Part shown: piece after piece, positions 1 through 11,125 of the stretch
Layout: the number at the start of each line of letters is the position of its first letter
Numbering within the stretch: the first letter of the stretch is position 1
Source: a virus
DNA: 64,000 nucleotides
IMG/VR virus record: IMGVR_UViG_3300045988_126226
Coordinates: 67,035 to 131,034 of that record
Direction: 5' to 3' (one strand)
Made by a program: the position numbers and the translations under genes
Notes under the pieces: model-generated
The model's database searches: none
Told to the model about the DNA's origin: nothing
Seen by the model: only the letters and a program-made list of their open reading frames with translations

Positions 1-1
1 T

Positions 2-916
2 GAAGAAATAGTAAAACAAAATAAAGAGCTTGAATCTAAAAATTTAGATTTAGATGATTAGTATACAATATTATCAACGGCAGTAAAAAGTATTACTTCC
101 AGAAAAGAAGAAGTAGAAAATAATTTAAATATTCTTTAGTCCAAAAGAGACGAAGTTGAAAATAGTTTAAATTCTTTATAGAATCAGGCAAAGCAATCAG
201 CGGACATTTTCTATCAGCAATCAATGGAAAATGCTCGTGTTCGTCTTGAATATGATTTAAATAAACAAGAATTTAAATATACAAAAGCTAAAGAAGAATA
301 TGAAAATGAATATCAATCAACTCTTGTTGATTGTTCTTTAGAATTATCTAATTTAATTAATTCTAAAAAAGAAGAATTAATTAAATTAGATGAAGAAATT
401 CAATTACATAGTAGAGAAGTCGCGGCCGCAGTTGATGCTGCAAAACGTGCCGAAGAAATTAAAACCAAAGCTGATTTCTATAAATTATAGTTGCCTCAAA
501 TAGATATTGATGAAATCAGTCTTCTTCGTTCTATCGAGCCGAAACTTCGTGACAAAGATATTTTAAATAAAGTAATTTGGAAAAGCTATTATGAAAAACC
601 AACTACAGATTTAATTGGTCGAGTAATTGGCTCTGGAATCCATACGGGGATTTATAAAATTACTAATTTAGAAAATCAAATGTGTTATGTGGGGCAAGCA
701 GTTGATCTTTCCGCGCGTTGGAAACAACATATTAAACGCGGAATTGGTGCAGAGCCCGCCACACGCAATAAACTTTATCCTGCTATGTTGGCTATTGGAG
801 TAGAAAATTTTAGTTTTGAAGTAATAGAAGAATGTTCTCGTGAAGAGTTAGATGTGCGAGAAGATTACTGGCAAGACTATTTTAAAGCTAAGGAATTTGG
901 GTATAGTATAAAATAA
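2..916 (+). CDS. Coiled-coil protein with C-terminal GIY-YIG nuclease domain; 5' partial, with in-frame TAG codons
   Basis: Frame-2 ORF is open from the window edge. TAGs at 56-58, 148-150, 178-180 and 488-490 are read through and join ORFs 224..490 and 491..916. GIY-YIG-like motif GIYKITN...YVGQA...R..H..G is present. Confidence 0.55.
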
Positions 917-1191
917 TGTATAGAATAATTGATAAACGTGGAACAGGAAAAACGAGTAGATTAATACTGTTAGCCAAAGAGAAAAATGCTATTATTGCTT
1001 GTTCTAATCCTGATGCTATGAGAATTAAGTCAGAAGGATATGGAATTATTGGAATTGATTTTATTTCATATTATGATTATATAAATGGGAATTATCCAAA
1101 AGGCAGTATGGTATTCATTGATGAACTTGATTGTTTTGTTCGTTCTCTTGGGCATAATCTAAGCGGATATACTTTAAGTAATGAGGATTGA
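916..1191 (+). CDS. Small hypothetical protein (RGTGKTS P-loop-like)
   Basis: ORF with an ATAATG start overlapping the previous stop. Confidence 0.4.
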   Translation: MYRIIDKRGTGKTSRLILLAKEKNAIIACSNPDAMRIKSEGYGIIGIDFISYYDYINGNYPKGSMVFIDELDCFVRSLGHNLSGYTLSNED

Positions 1192-1193
1192 TT

Positions 1194-1856
1194 ATGAAAA
1201 ATAATAAAATCGTCAGTAATGTAAGAGTTTATGATTTGCCAGAAAGTATGGTTGCTTCTGGATATCCAATGAGAACGGATACCGAGCAACATCCAATTAA
1301 TGATAAAGATATGACAAGATGTTAGAATCTTATATCTGCCACAAAAAGTGGTAATATGGCCCATGCCCAATTTTTAACCGGTATTAGAGTTAATTTTGAT
1401 TTAACTTTTTCCAATAAGGCTTGGGTCGAAGCAGAAAGATATAGATTCCTTGAATTTGTATCTTCACAATCCACGATGCATTGCATTACTAAATTTGATT
1501 TAAATGAACAATATAATGAATATGTTGATCCAAGAATCATTGAAATAATGCGTGAGAAAGTTGATATTTATAATAAACTTTTAAATATTATTGATAGAAT
1601 TAAGCATTGTGAAACTGAAAACAAAAATGAAAAAATTAAAATGCTTGAGCAGTTAGAAGAGATTAGAAAAGAAAAATATCTTGGAATTCTATACTCTAAT
1701 CCTGCTGGATTTTTGCTTACCGCAAGATTAACTACTAATTATAGATGTTTAAGAAACATATATATTTAGAGAAAAAACCATCGTCTTCCCGAATGGAGAG
1801 AATTCTGTAAATGGATTGAAACTCTTCCTTATGCGGAAGAACTATTGGTAAATTAA
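1194..1856 (+). CDS. Hypothetical protein (2 in-frame TAG)
   Basis: ATG at 1194 and TAA at 1854-56. The frame stays open through TAG and joins ORF 1356..1769. Confidence 0.45.
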
Positions 1857-1863
1857 TCATAAC

Positions 1864-1892
1864 TTGATTTTTCTAAATAAATATTATATAAT
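1864..1892 (+). promoter_or_regulatory. Sigma70-like promoter TTGATT-17-TATAAT
   Basis: -35/-10 hexamers with a 17-nt spacer upstream of gene 1931. Confidence 0.5.
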
Positions 1893-1930
1893 ATTTATAT
1901 AAGATAAAGAAAGGTTATAAACTTTTTAAA

Positions 1931-2308
1931 ATGAGTAAGAAACAAGCATTTATTGATTATGTTGAAGAATTAATTGTTGCCACTAATGAAAACCGCTATC
2001 CAATAGTAATGAGTGAAGATGCTAGTATCTATTGGGAAGCGTTAAAAGCTAAAGAAGAAACTGAAAAGCCTCTATTTACTGAGGGCGGAAAAGCCATTAT
2101 TAAATGGATGCAAGATAATAATAAAGATATTCCTCTTGTTAAATCAAGAGAAATTGCCGAATATCTCGGTGTGTCTAGCCGTGGAGTTGCGGGTTCCATG
2201 CGCAAATTAGTATCTGATGGTTTCGTAGAAAAAGTTAGTCAAGATCCAATTATTTATACTTTAACAGAAAAAGGAAAAAATATTAATTTATTGAATTTAT
2301 TTAATTAA
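1931..2308 (+). CDS. Winged-helix DNA-binding protein (MarR-like)
   Basis: The C-terminal segment KSREIAEYLGVSSRGVAGSMRKL has an HTH character. Confidence 0.45.
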   Translation: MSKKQAFIDYVEELIVATNENRYPIVMSEDASIYWEALKAKEETEKPLFTEGGKAIIKWMQDNNKDIPLVKSREIAEYLGVSSRGVAGSMRKLVSDGFVEKVSQDPIIYTLTEKGKNINLLNLFN

Positions 2309-2322
2309 GGAGAAATTTATTT

Positions 2323-3270
2323 ATGAAGAAAGTAATGGAAAATGCTACTCATATTGAAGGTATCTTGTACGAACATGCTTTGGAAAATAAGGTAACCGGA
2401 CCAAATTCTAAGAACCCCGGCACTCCTTTTATTTCTGGTACTATTAGTATTGCTACTGATAATGCTCTTACTAATATCGTCCAGGTTCACTTTACTTATG
2501 TAACTCAAACTACTACTAAGGGCACTCCCAATGCTACATATAGTATTCTTCAGAATATTATTGATGGTACAATCGGTAATTATATGGCTGATGGAGAAGA
2601 TAAAGCTGCTAAGCTTCGTGTCGATTCTGCGATTGGTCTTAATGAATTTTATTCTGATCGTAACGGCAAGGAAGAGCTTGTAAGCACTAAGCGCAATGAG
2701 GGCGGATTTGTTCATACTACTACCACTCTTATTGATGATGAAAAGCAGCGCAATACTTTTAAGTGTGACATGATTATCACCAATGTGACTCATGTTGATG
2801 CTGATGAAGAGCATAATATCCCTGAAAAGGTAATTGTTAAGGGAGCAATTTTTGATTTCCGCAAGTCTTTACTTCCTGTTGAGTTTACAGCTACTAATCC
2901 TGGAGCCATGGCTTATTATGAGGGTCTTGGAGCTTCTCCTTCTGAGCCTGTATTCACAAAGCTTTGGGGTCGTCAGGTATCTGAAGTAATTAAGCGCGAG
3001 ATTCGTGAAGAGTCTGCGTTCGGTGACGATAATGTTCGTGAGGTTCAGAGCACTCGTAAGGATTTTGTTATTACCGGTGGCGCTAAGGAGCCTTATGTTT
3101 GGGATGATGAAAGTTCTATTACTGCGAAAGAGCTTACTGAAGCTATGGCCGCACGTGAAACTTATCTTGCTACTTTGAAGCAGCGTCAAGATGAATATAA
3201 AGCTTCTAAGCAAAATGCCACTACTGCTACTACTGTTGCATCCACTGCTACAGAAGGTTTTAAATTCTAA
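2323..3270 (+). CDS. Hypothetical early protein, possibly ssDNA-binding
   Basis: TAG-free 315-aa ORF with a strong RBS and a strong terminator, located next to a Sak4-like ATPase. Function is guessed only from context. Confidence 0.5.
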   Translation: MKKVMENATHIEGILYEHALENKVTGPNSKNPGTPFISGTISIATDNALTNIVQVHFTYVTQTTTKGTPNATYSILQNIIDGTIGNYMADGEDKAAKLRVDSAIGLNEFYSDRNGKEELVSTKRNEGGFVHTTTTLIDDEKQRNTFKCDMIITNVTHVDADEEHNIPEKVIVKGAIFDFRKSLLPVEFTATNPGAMAYYEGLGASPSEPVFTKLWGRQVSEVIKREIREESAFGDDNVREVQSTRKDFVITGGAKEPYVWDDESSITAKELTEAMAARETYLATLKQRQDEYKASKQNATTATTVASTATEGFKF

Positions 3271-3290
3271 TCATGAATTAGCCATTAAAT

Positions 3291-3320
3291 AGCGATGACC
3301 TCCCAATAAGAGGTCATCGC
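3291..3320 (+). terminator. Rho-independent terminator hairpin
   Basis: agcgatgacctc / gaggtcatcgc perfect 11-12 bp stem. Confidence 0.6.
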
Positions 3321-3417
3321 GCTAAAGTTAATTTATATGATGATTTTTGCAATATACTAAATTTAGAAGAAATACTTAAAGAGATAATAATTAAAACAAA
3401 TAAGGAGAAATAACATA

Positions 3418-4413
3418 ATGGCTATTGATTTAACTAAAATTCAACCTCATAAGGTAAGTAAAGATCTTTCTGGTTATATCACTTTTATTTATGGCAAACC
3501 CAAGACCGGCAAGACTACTTTGGCGACTCAGATGCCGAATTCTTTGCTTTTAGCTTTTGAGCAAGGCTATAACTGCCTTCCTGGCGTTATGGCTGCGGAC
3601 ATTACTTCTTGGGCAGAAATGAAGCAAGTCTATCGTGATTTGAAGCGTCCAGAAGTAAAGGCAATGTATAATGCTATTATTGTAGATACTATTGATGAAG
3701 CTGCTAAGTATTGTGAGAAATATATTTGTAATCAAAATCAAATTGAATCTCTTGGAGACCTTGGTTATGGTAAGGGCTGGTCTAAATTCAAAGATGAATT
3801 TAATGAAGTTTTTAGAGGTTTAACTCGTCTTGGATATGCCGTTTTCTTTATCGGCCATGAAAAAGAACAAACTGTAACTCGTCCTGATGGTACTGAGGTT
3901 GTGGCAGTAAGACCAAATCTTTCTCAATCCACTCGCACTATTATCACCGGTATGGCTGATGTTTATGGGTATGCTCATCAAAAAGCAGCAGGCCAAATGT
4001 CTGTCCTAACTCTCCGTTCTGGTAATGACCTTATCGACTGCGGTGGTCGTTTTAAGTACATTGAGAGCGAAATTCCTATGAATTATGATAGTCTTATTAA
4101 TGCCATTCATGAGGCTATTGATAAGGAAGCGGCTGACAATGGTGGTAAATTTGTCACTGATGAAAAGATGGTCGTTGCTCCTGAAGCTCCTACTTATGAT
4201 TATGAAGCACTTATGGCTGAATTTCAAAATCTTGCTGGAGATATGATGAATAAAAATCCTGGATTCTTTGGTCCTCGTATCACTCAAATTATTGATAAAT
4301 ATTTGGGCAAAGGTAAGAAAATTTCTGACGCCACTCCTGAACAGGCAGAATTTGTATCTTTAATTGTTGGTGAAATTAAAGATGATCTTCTTCCTCAAAT
4401 GGAAAATAAGTAA
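3418..4413 (+). CDS. Sak4-like RecA-family ATPase (recombination mediator)
   Basis: Walker A YGKPKTGKTT; size and context are typical of phage Sak4. Confidence 0.55.
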   Translation: MAIDLTKIQPHKVSKDLSGYITFIYGKPKTGKTTLATQMPNSLLLAFEQGYNCLPGVMAADITSWAEMKQVYRDLKRPEVKAMYNAIIVDTIDEAAKYCEKYICNQNQIESLGDLGYGKGWSKFKDEFNEVFRGLTRLGYAVFFIGHEKEQTVTRPDGTEVVAVRPNLSQSTRTIITGMADVYGYAHQKAAGQMSVLTLRSGNDLIDCGGRFKYIESEIPMNYDSLINAIHEAIDKEAADNGGKFVTDEKMVVAPEAPTYDYEALMAEFQNLAGDMMNKNPGFFGPRITQIIDKYLGKGKKISDATPEQAEFVSLIVGEIKDDLLPQMENK

Positions 4414-4430
4414 ATAAAATATAATTTATA

Positions 4431-4456
4431 ACCGGAGTGATAAAAGTCGCTCCGGT
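4431..4456 (+). terminator. Terminator hairpin
   Basis: accggag...ctccggt stem followed by a T-rich run. Confidence 0.5.
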
Positions 4457-4485
4457 TTGACTTTTATTTAAAAATATTGTATAAT
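4457..4485 (+). promoter_or_regulatory. Consensus promoter TTGACT-17-TATAAT
   Basis: Near-perfect hexamers with a 17-nt spacer. Confidence 0.55.
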
Positions 4486-4524
4486 ATTTATATAAAGTAA
4501 TGGAAAGGAGTAATTTATATACAT

Positions 4525-5061
4525 AAAGTTAAATGTATTTATTGTCAGCAGACTTTTGATAGAGATAAGTTTCCTTATGTTCAAATAAAATCTCGAAGAT
4601 ATGCGCACCCTGAATGTGCTAAATAGGCTGAAAATGAAGACACTCCTTTACAAATTCATAATCCGCCCGAAAAAGTAAAAACAAAAGAAGATTTAGATAA
4701 AGAAAAATTTGAAGAATATGTAAAAAATTTATTGGGAGAATCATATATTAATGCTCGCGTCCGCAAGCAAATGAATGATTATATCAGAGAATATCAATAT
4801 ACATATTCTGGAATGTTAAAAGCCTTAGTTTATTTTTATGAGGTTAAAGGAAATAATAAAAATAAAGCTAATGGTGGAATTGGTATTATACCTTTTATTT
4901 ATAAAGACGCTTACAATTATTATTATAATCTTTGGATGATTCAACAATCCAATAAAGATAAAAATGTTATTGATTACGTTCCTAAATTAAAGGAAATAAA
5001 AATTCCTATTCCTAAAAAAGAACCTCGAAAAAGATCAGTTTTTACATTTTTAGATGAATAG
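4525..5061 (+). CDS. Zinc-finger protein (CxxC...HPEC); start uncertain
   Basis: Frame of ORF 4732..5061 is open upstream through TAG at 4621-23 to about 4525. No canonical start was found after the upstream TAA. Confidence 0.35.
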
Positions 5062-5071
5062 GAGGACTTAA

Positions 5072-6604
5072 ATGCCGAGTAAATATGTAGACCCAACAGC
5101 GATTACACAAGTTATAGGGTGTGTATATAATACTCCTTAGCTTTTGGATTTTACTGATAGATATACAATAACTGATGAAGATTTTGCTGATGAATTTCAT
5201 AGAATTGTTTTTGGAGCAATATATAAAATTCATGAATTAGGAGCTTAGAAAATTACTTTAGAAAATATTAGTGATTTTTTTTCTTCTCGACCTAAATATG
5301 AAGCCACATTTAAAGTTAATAAAGGCGAAGAATGGTTATTGAAAGTTTCTGAAAATGCGAAACCTTTGTCATTTGATTATTATTATGGTCGTTTAAAAAA
5401 AATGTCTCTACTTCGTGCTTATGACAGATATGGCATTGATGTTTCTTTTATTTATGATCCTGATAATATTTTAGATACTGAAAAAAAACAATTACAAGAA
5501 GATAATCTTGATAATTCTTCATTAGAGCATATCGCACAATTAATTGATGACCGCATAGAACAAATTAAATATGAGTATGTAAATGACGTTGAAGGAGTTG
5601 CGGTTCAAGCAGGTGATGGAATCTTTGAATTGCTTGACGATTTAGAGCAACATCCAATAGCAGGAAGTCCTCTATATGGGCCATTAATTAATACAGTTAC
5701 TCGTGGCGCAAGACTTAAAAAGTTTTATTTGCGCTCAGCCGCCACCGGTGTAGGTAAAACTCGTTCTATGATTGCGGATTCGTGTTATATTGCTTGTAAT
5801 AAAATATATGATGATACTTTTGGAAGTTGGATTAAAAACGGAATCCAAGAACCAGTATTATATATAACTACAGAGCAAGATAAAAATGAAATTCAAACAA
5901 TGATGCTTGCTTTTCTTTCTAACGTAAATGAAGAACATATTATTTATAATGAATATCAAGGAAATGAAAAAGAACGAGTAATAGAAGCCGCGAAAATTCT
6001 TAAAGATAGTCCATTATATATTCGTGAATTACCTGATTTTTCATTACAGGATGTTGAAAATGAAATCAAAAAAGGCATCCGAGATCACGATGTAAAATAT
6101 ATCTTCCATGACTATATTCATACAAGTATGAAAATTCTTGAAGAAATTACTCGTCGTAGTGGCGGAGTAAAACTTCGTGAAGATAATATACTTTTTATGC
6201 TATCTAACAAATTAAAAGATATCTGTAATCAGTATGGCGTTTTTATTATGTCAGCAACACAGTTAAATGGTGATTATGTTGATTCTAAAACTCCTGATCA
6301 AAATCTTTTGCGTGGAGCAAAATCTATCGCAGATAAAGTAGATTATGGATCAATTCTTTTAAATGTCCAAGATGATGATTTAATTTCATTGGAAAAAATA
6401 CTAAACACAAAATTATTTGATACTCCAACTATTAAAATGTCTGTTTATAAAAATAGACGTGGTAGGTATAAAGGAGTTATTTTATGGTGTAAAGCAGATT
6501 TAGGAACTTGTAGAATTATTCCTATGTTTTGTACTACATATGCTTATGAACTTGTTCCTATTGATGATATAAAAATTACTCTTGAAGAAGAAAGTGCTTT
6601 TTGA
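5072..6604 (+). CDS. dnaB: DnaB-like replicative helicase (2 in-frame TAG)
   Basis: ATG 5072 with RBS aggagg. A DnaB N-terminal domain is encoded across TAGs at 5138 and 5237. Walker A GVGKTRSM lies in ORF 5339..6604. Confidence 0.7.
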
Positions 6605-6658
6605 CAAGGACAATTTTTCTTAAAATGCTCTCCTATTCATTTAAAAATAATAGAGGAG

Positions 6659-7363
6659 ATGAATTTAATGAAAGATTTAACAGGACAAATTTTTAATAGA
6701 TTAACGGTATTGAAATTAGATACAGAAAGAAAATCCAAACAACAATATTGGATTTGTCAATGTTCTTGTGGTACAATAAAAAGTATACAAAGAGCAAACT
6801 TAGTTTCTGGTTTAACTCAATCTTGTGGGTGTTTACGCAAAGAAAAAATTTCAAATAATTTAGTGGGCTAGAAATTTGGTAAATTAACAGTTTTAAAAGA
6901 TAGCGGAAAAAGGACTAAAGAAAGAGGCATTATTTGGGAATGTCAATGTGAATGTGGAAAAATTACAGAAGTATCTTCAAATAGTTTAAAACAAAAAACT
7001 ACTATGTCTTGTGGTTGCCTGAAACAATCGCAAGGGGAGTATATTATAGAAAATATCCTTAAGAAAAATAATATTAGTTATAAAAAAGAATACGTTTTTT
7101 CTGATTTATTATCTCCTAAAAATGGTTATTTAAGATTTGATTTTGCTATATTAGATGATGATAATATGGTAAAAAAATTAATCGAATATGATGGAGAAAC
7201 ACATTCAACAAACTATATTGGAGGATGGAATACTAAAGAAAAAATTATGTATTAGCAAAAATGTGATGAATTAAAAAATAATTATTGTAAAGAACATGGA
7301 ATTCCTTTAATTAGAATTTCATATTTAAATAAAGATAATATTTCATTAAATGATTTAATTTAA
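6659..7363 (+). CDS. Tandem zinc-finger / Vsr-like (PD-(D/E)XK) endonuclease, possible homing nuclease
   Basis: Two repeats of LTVL...W.CQC.CG...SCGCL. The C-terminus EYDGETHS...GGW resembles the Vsr/DUF559 fold. TAGs at 6869 and 7253 are read through. Confidence 0.45.
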
Positions 7364-7380
7364 AATTAAGGAGAAAAATT

Positions 7381-7563
7381 ATGAAGAGTGGTAATGTTGA
7401 ATACAAGATGAGCAATAGAATGGCTAAGGAGATTATTCGTTCTTATAAAGCTGTTCCTAGTCTTGCTAAGCTTCGTCCGCAGGAAATGCTTGTCCATTAT
7501 GTTAATGAACAGTGTGGACTTATGAGAAATTGTTCTAAAGTAATTACTTATGATAGTATTTGA
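7381..7563 (+). CDS. Small hypothetical protein
   Basis: ORF with RBS ggagaaaaatt. Confidence 0.3.
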   Translation: MKSGNVEYKMSNRMAKEIIRSYKAVPSLAKLRPQEMLVHYVNEQCGLMRNCSKVITYDSI

Positions 7564-8653
7564 TAAATCAGAAATTCGTCAAGCTCTTGGGCTTGAAAAT
7601 ATTTATGATTTATTAATTGAATGGGGCGGAGATCCTGAATATACAGAATTTGGGATTCTCTCTTCCACCATTTGTCATAATCCTCCTGGAGAAGGTAGCA
7701 GAAAACTTTATTTTTATGAAAATACAGGATTATTTAAATGCTACACAGGATGTGATTCAACTTTTGATATTTTTGAATTATGTTCTAAAGTAATGAAAAT
7801 TCAATATGATGAAGAATTTGATTTAAATGATTCAGTTTTATGGGTTGCTCGTCGTTTTGGTTTATCAGGTATGATAAAAGATGACGACATGGGTAAAACT
7901 TTAGATGATTGGAAAATTTTATCAAATTATTCTCGTATTCAAGAGATTGAATTAAAAAATAATAAAATTATTTTAAAAGATTATGATGATTCTATTTTAA
8001 ATAGATTAAATTATAATATTAAAATAATTCCTTGGCTTGATGAGGGGATTTCTCAAGAAGTAATTAATAAAGCACGTATTGGTTTTTATCCAGGAGCCGA
8101 TCAAATTACAATTCCTCATTATGATATTAATGGAAGATTTGTGGGCTTGCGCGGACGCACTATGTGCAAAGACGAGGCGGAGCTATATGGAAAATATAGA
8201 CCAATGAAAATAAATAATCAATTATATAATCATCCTCTTGGAATGAACTTATATGGATTAAATTGGTCTAAAAATGCCATTGGCATAATGAAAAAAGCAA
8301 TAATTTTTGAAAGTGAAAAATCAGTATTGAAATATGCTACTGATTTCGGTTGGAATAACAATATATCAGTAGCTTGTTGCGGAAGTAATGTTTCTTCGCA
8401 TCAAATTCAATTATTATTAGATAGTGGCGCGCAAGAGATTATAATTGCTTTTGATAGACAATTCCAAGAAATTGGAGACGCGGAATTTCAACACTTAAAA
8501 TTAAATCTTTTAAAGATTAGAACTAAATTTAAAAATGATGTGCTTATATCTTTTATTTTTGATAAAAATATGATTACAAAATACAAAGATTCACCAATTG
8601 ATGATGGTAAAGAAAAATTTTTACAATTATATAAGGAAAGGATATTTATATGA
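7550..8653 (+). CDS. dnaG: DnaG-like primase (CHC2 zinc finger)
   Basis: N-terminal C..H..C..C zinc-binding motif (CHNPPGEG...KCYTGC) and position next to the helicase. Confidence 0.55.
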   Translation: MIVFDKSEIRQALGLENIYDLLIEWGGDPEYTEFGILSSTICHNPPGEGSRKLYFYENTGLFKCYTGCDSTFDIFELCSKVMKIQYDEEFDLNDSVLWVARRFGLSGMIKDDDMGKTLDDWKILSNYSRIQEIELKNNKIILKDYDDSILNRLNYNIKIIPWLDEGISQEVINKARIGFYPGADQITIPHYDINGRFVGLRGRTMCKDEAELYGKYRPMKINNQLYNHPLGMNLYGLNWSKNAIGIMKKAIIFESEKSVLKYATDFGWNNNISVACCGSNVSSHQIQLLLDSGAQEIIIAFDRQFQEIGDAEFQHLKLNLLKIRTKFKNDVLISFIFDKNMITKYKDSPIDDGKEKFLQLYKERIFI

Positions 8654-8940
8654 ATGATGACTATGATATTCCTATCTCTGTAAATGATACAATTATTTCA
8701 CTAAGCGCGCAAATTGAAGGATTAAAAAAACAAAGAGATAGTTTGCTCCGAAGTTGTATTTATTGCGATAAATGTAATAAATATTATGACAAAACCAGTA
8801 ATTGTATATCAAGTGGAATTGAAACTCGAAAAGTAATTAGATATAATGGAGATTTAGAAAAAGGATATACGGAAATGGAAATTCCTGTTCTTTTTCATAT
8901 TTGTCCATTAGGGCATAAGATGGGAGAGAGTGGTTTATGA
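8650..8940 (+). CDS. Zinc-ribbon protein
   Basis: CIYCDKC...C Cys cluster; translationally coupled overlaps. Confidence 0.4.
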   Translation: MNDDYDIPISVNDTIISLSAQIEGLKKQRDSLLRSCIYCDKCNKYYDKTSNCISSGIETRKVIRYNGDLEKGYTEMEIPVLFHICPLGHKMGESGL

Positions 8941-9254
8941 CAGGTATTGTTTGGTGTAATACTTTCATTGAAGGAACTGAACAATTAGAAAGAATTGAAG
9001 AACAATATAAAGCAATGGATATAAAACCAATAGAAAAAAATAAATCTATTAATTGTTATTCTATAGTTTTTGAAAATGAAGATTATTGGAAAGTAGTTAT
9101 TTCTACTGAAAATGCCAGAGGTCATAAGTGTAATATTTCTTATATTTCTCGTCAGACCCCTCTTTCAGTTATTGACACTATTATTTTTCCATGCACAAGA
9201 GCCCTTCCTTATACTGCTTATCATTACTATGGTGATCCAGTAGGAGAGGACTGA
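8937..9254 (+). CDS. Hypothetical protein
   Basis: ORF with an overlapping start. Confidence 0.35.
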   Translation: MTGIVWCNTFIEGTEQLERIEEQYKAMDIKPIEKNKSINCYSIVFENEDYWKVVISTENARGHKCNISYISRQTPLSVIDTIIFPCTRALPYTAYHYYGDPVGED

Positions 9255-9323
9255 TATGAATAAGTAAATTATAGAAATTCTTAAATAATAGTGGTGGTAT
9301 TATGAAAGGAGGTTGAATAGCCT

Positions 9324-11072
9324 ATGGACTATCAACTAAAAGCCCCTCGCATCCCGCAGTATTCAGCGGTCGAACAGGTGCTAACCAACAGAGGAATTAA
9401 ATTACAAGATATTCCTCATTATCTTAATACCACTGATGACGACATTATCGAACCAGCAACTATTGATAGAATAGAAAATGGTGCAAAAATGCTCGTCAAA
9501 CATATTGCACAAAATGACAAAGTTCTTATATAGGTAGATAGTGATTGTGATGGCTATACTTCGGCGGCCGCACTCATGAATTACTTATACTGTCTTTTTC
9601 CTGCGTTTGTGCAAAACAATATTTTTTATCGTGTCCATGCAGGAAAACAACACGGAATTATACCAGATAGTATTGATAAAGATATTAAATTAGTAATTGC
9701 TCCAGATTCTTCATCAAATGATTATTTAGAACATGAATATTTATATAAGAATGGTATTGACGTGTTGGTAATAGACCACCATGAAGCTGATAAAATATCA
9801 TAGTATGCTTGTATTATTAACAATCAATTATGTGATTATCCGACCAAATCTTTATCTGGCGTAGGAATGGTTTATAAGTTTTGTTGTTATATTGATGAAC
9901 TTATGAATGTTCAGTATGCGGATCATATACTGGATTTAGTTGCTCTTGGAATGGTGGCCGACATGATGGATATGCGTGATTTTGAAACAAAACATTTAAT
10001 TAATAAAGGCTTACAACAAATCACCAATCCTTACTTCAGAGGCATAATCAATAGAGATTAGTTTCATTTTAATAATGAGATTACGCCTATTGGAGTAGCT
10101 TTCTATATTGCTCCTTTAGTTAATGCAACTACTCGTGTTGGGACGCAAGAAGAAAAGCTCATGCTATTCGAGTCAATGCTTGATTTTAAGGGATACGAAC
10201 TTGTCCCTTCAACAAAACGTGGATGTAAAGGTCAAGCAGAAACAAGAGTAGAACAAGCTTGTCGTAATTGTACTAATATCAAGAATAGGCAAACTAAAAT
10301 CAGAGACACTAGCTTGGAAAAAATTGAATAGATAATCGCAAATCAAAATCTTTTAAGTAATAAAATCTTAGGAATTAAGTTAGATGGATTTGCTGCTGAC
10401 AAAAATTTGACTGGATTAATGGCCAATCAATTAATGAGCAAATATCAACGTCCTGTTTTAATTCTTAATAAAACAATAGATGAAGAAACTCAACAAATTT
10501 GTTGGGAAGGCTCCGGCAGAGGATACGACAAATCCGCGCTTAAAGACTTTAGAGAATTTTGTCAAAAATCAAATCTAATTATGTATGCGGAAGGACATCC
10601 CAACGCTTTTGGATTTGGTATTATTGATGAAAATTTTGATAAATTTATCAAATATGCGAATTCTGCTTTACGAGATTTTGATTTCACCCCAATTTACAGT
10701 GTTGATTTTATTTATCACACTAATGATTTAGTTGGAAAAGATATTATTGATATCGCTCAACTTAAACCACTTTGGGGCCAAGGGGTAGAAGAAGCATCTA
10801 TTGCCGTTGAAGGAGTAAAAGTTGCATCAAATAACTTAACTTTAATGTCAAAAGATAAAAATCCTACCTTGAAGATAACTATGCCTGATGGCATCAGTTT
10901 AATCAAGTTTAAGTCGTCCGAGGAGGAATACGAGAAATTGTATTCTGAATAGGGTTATGTGACAATTAATATCGTTGGTAAATGCGAACGAAATATATGG
11001 AATAATAATATTAGTCCTTAGATTATTATAGAAGATTACGAAATTGTAGATAGGGCTGCTTATTATTTTTAA
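9324..11072 (+). CDS. recJ: DHH-family RecJ-like exonuclease (5 in-frame TAG)
   Basis: DHH motif I VDSDCDGY lies directly after a TAG. LVIDHH motif is present. Frame is open from 9324 to TAA-TAA at 11070 and joins four ORF fragments. Confidence 0.65.
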
Positions 11073-11125
11073 TAATTGACACTACGACTAATAGACTTAA
11101 AAAACCTATTAGGAGGAAATCATTT

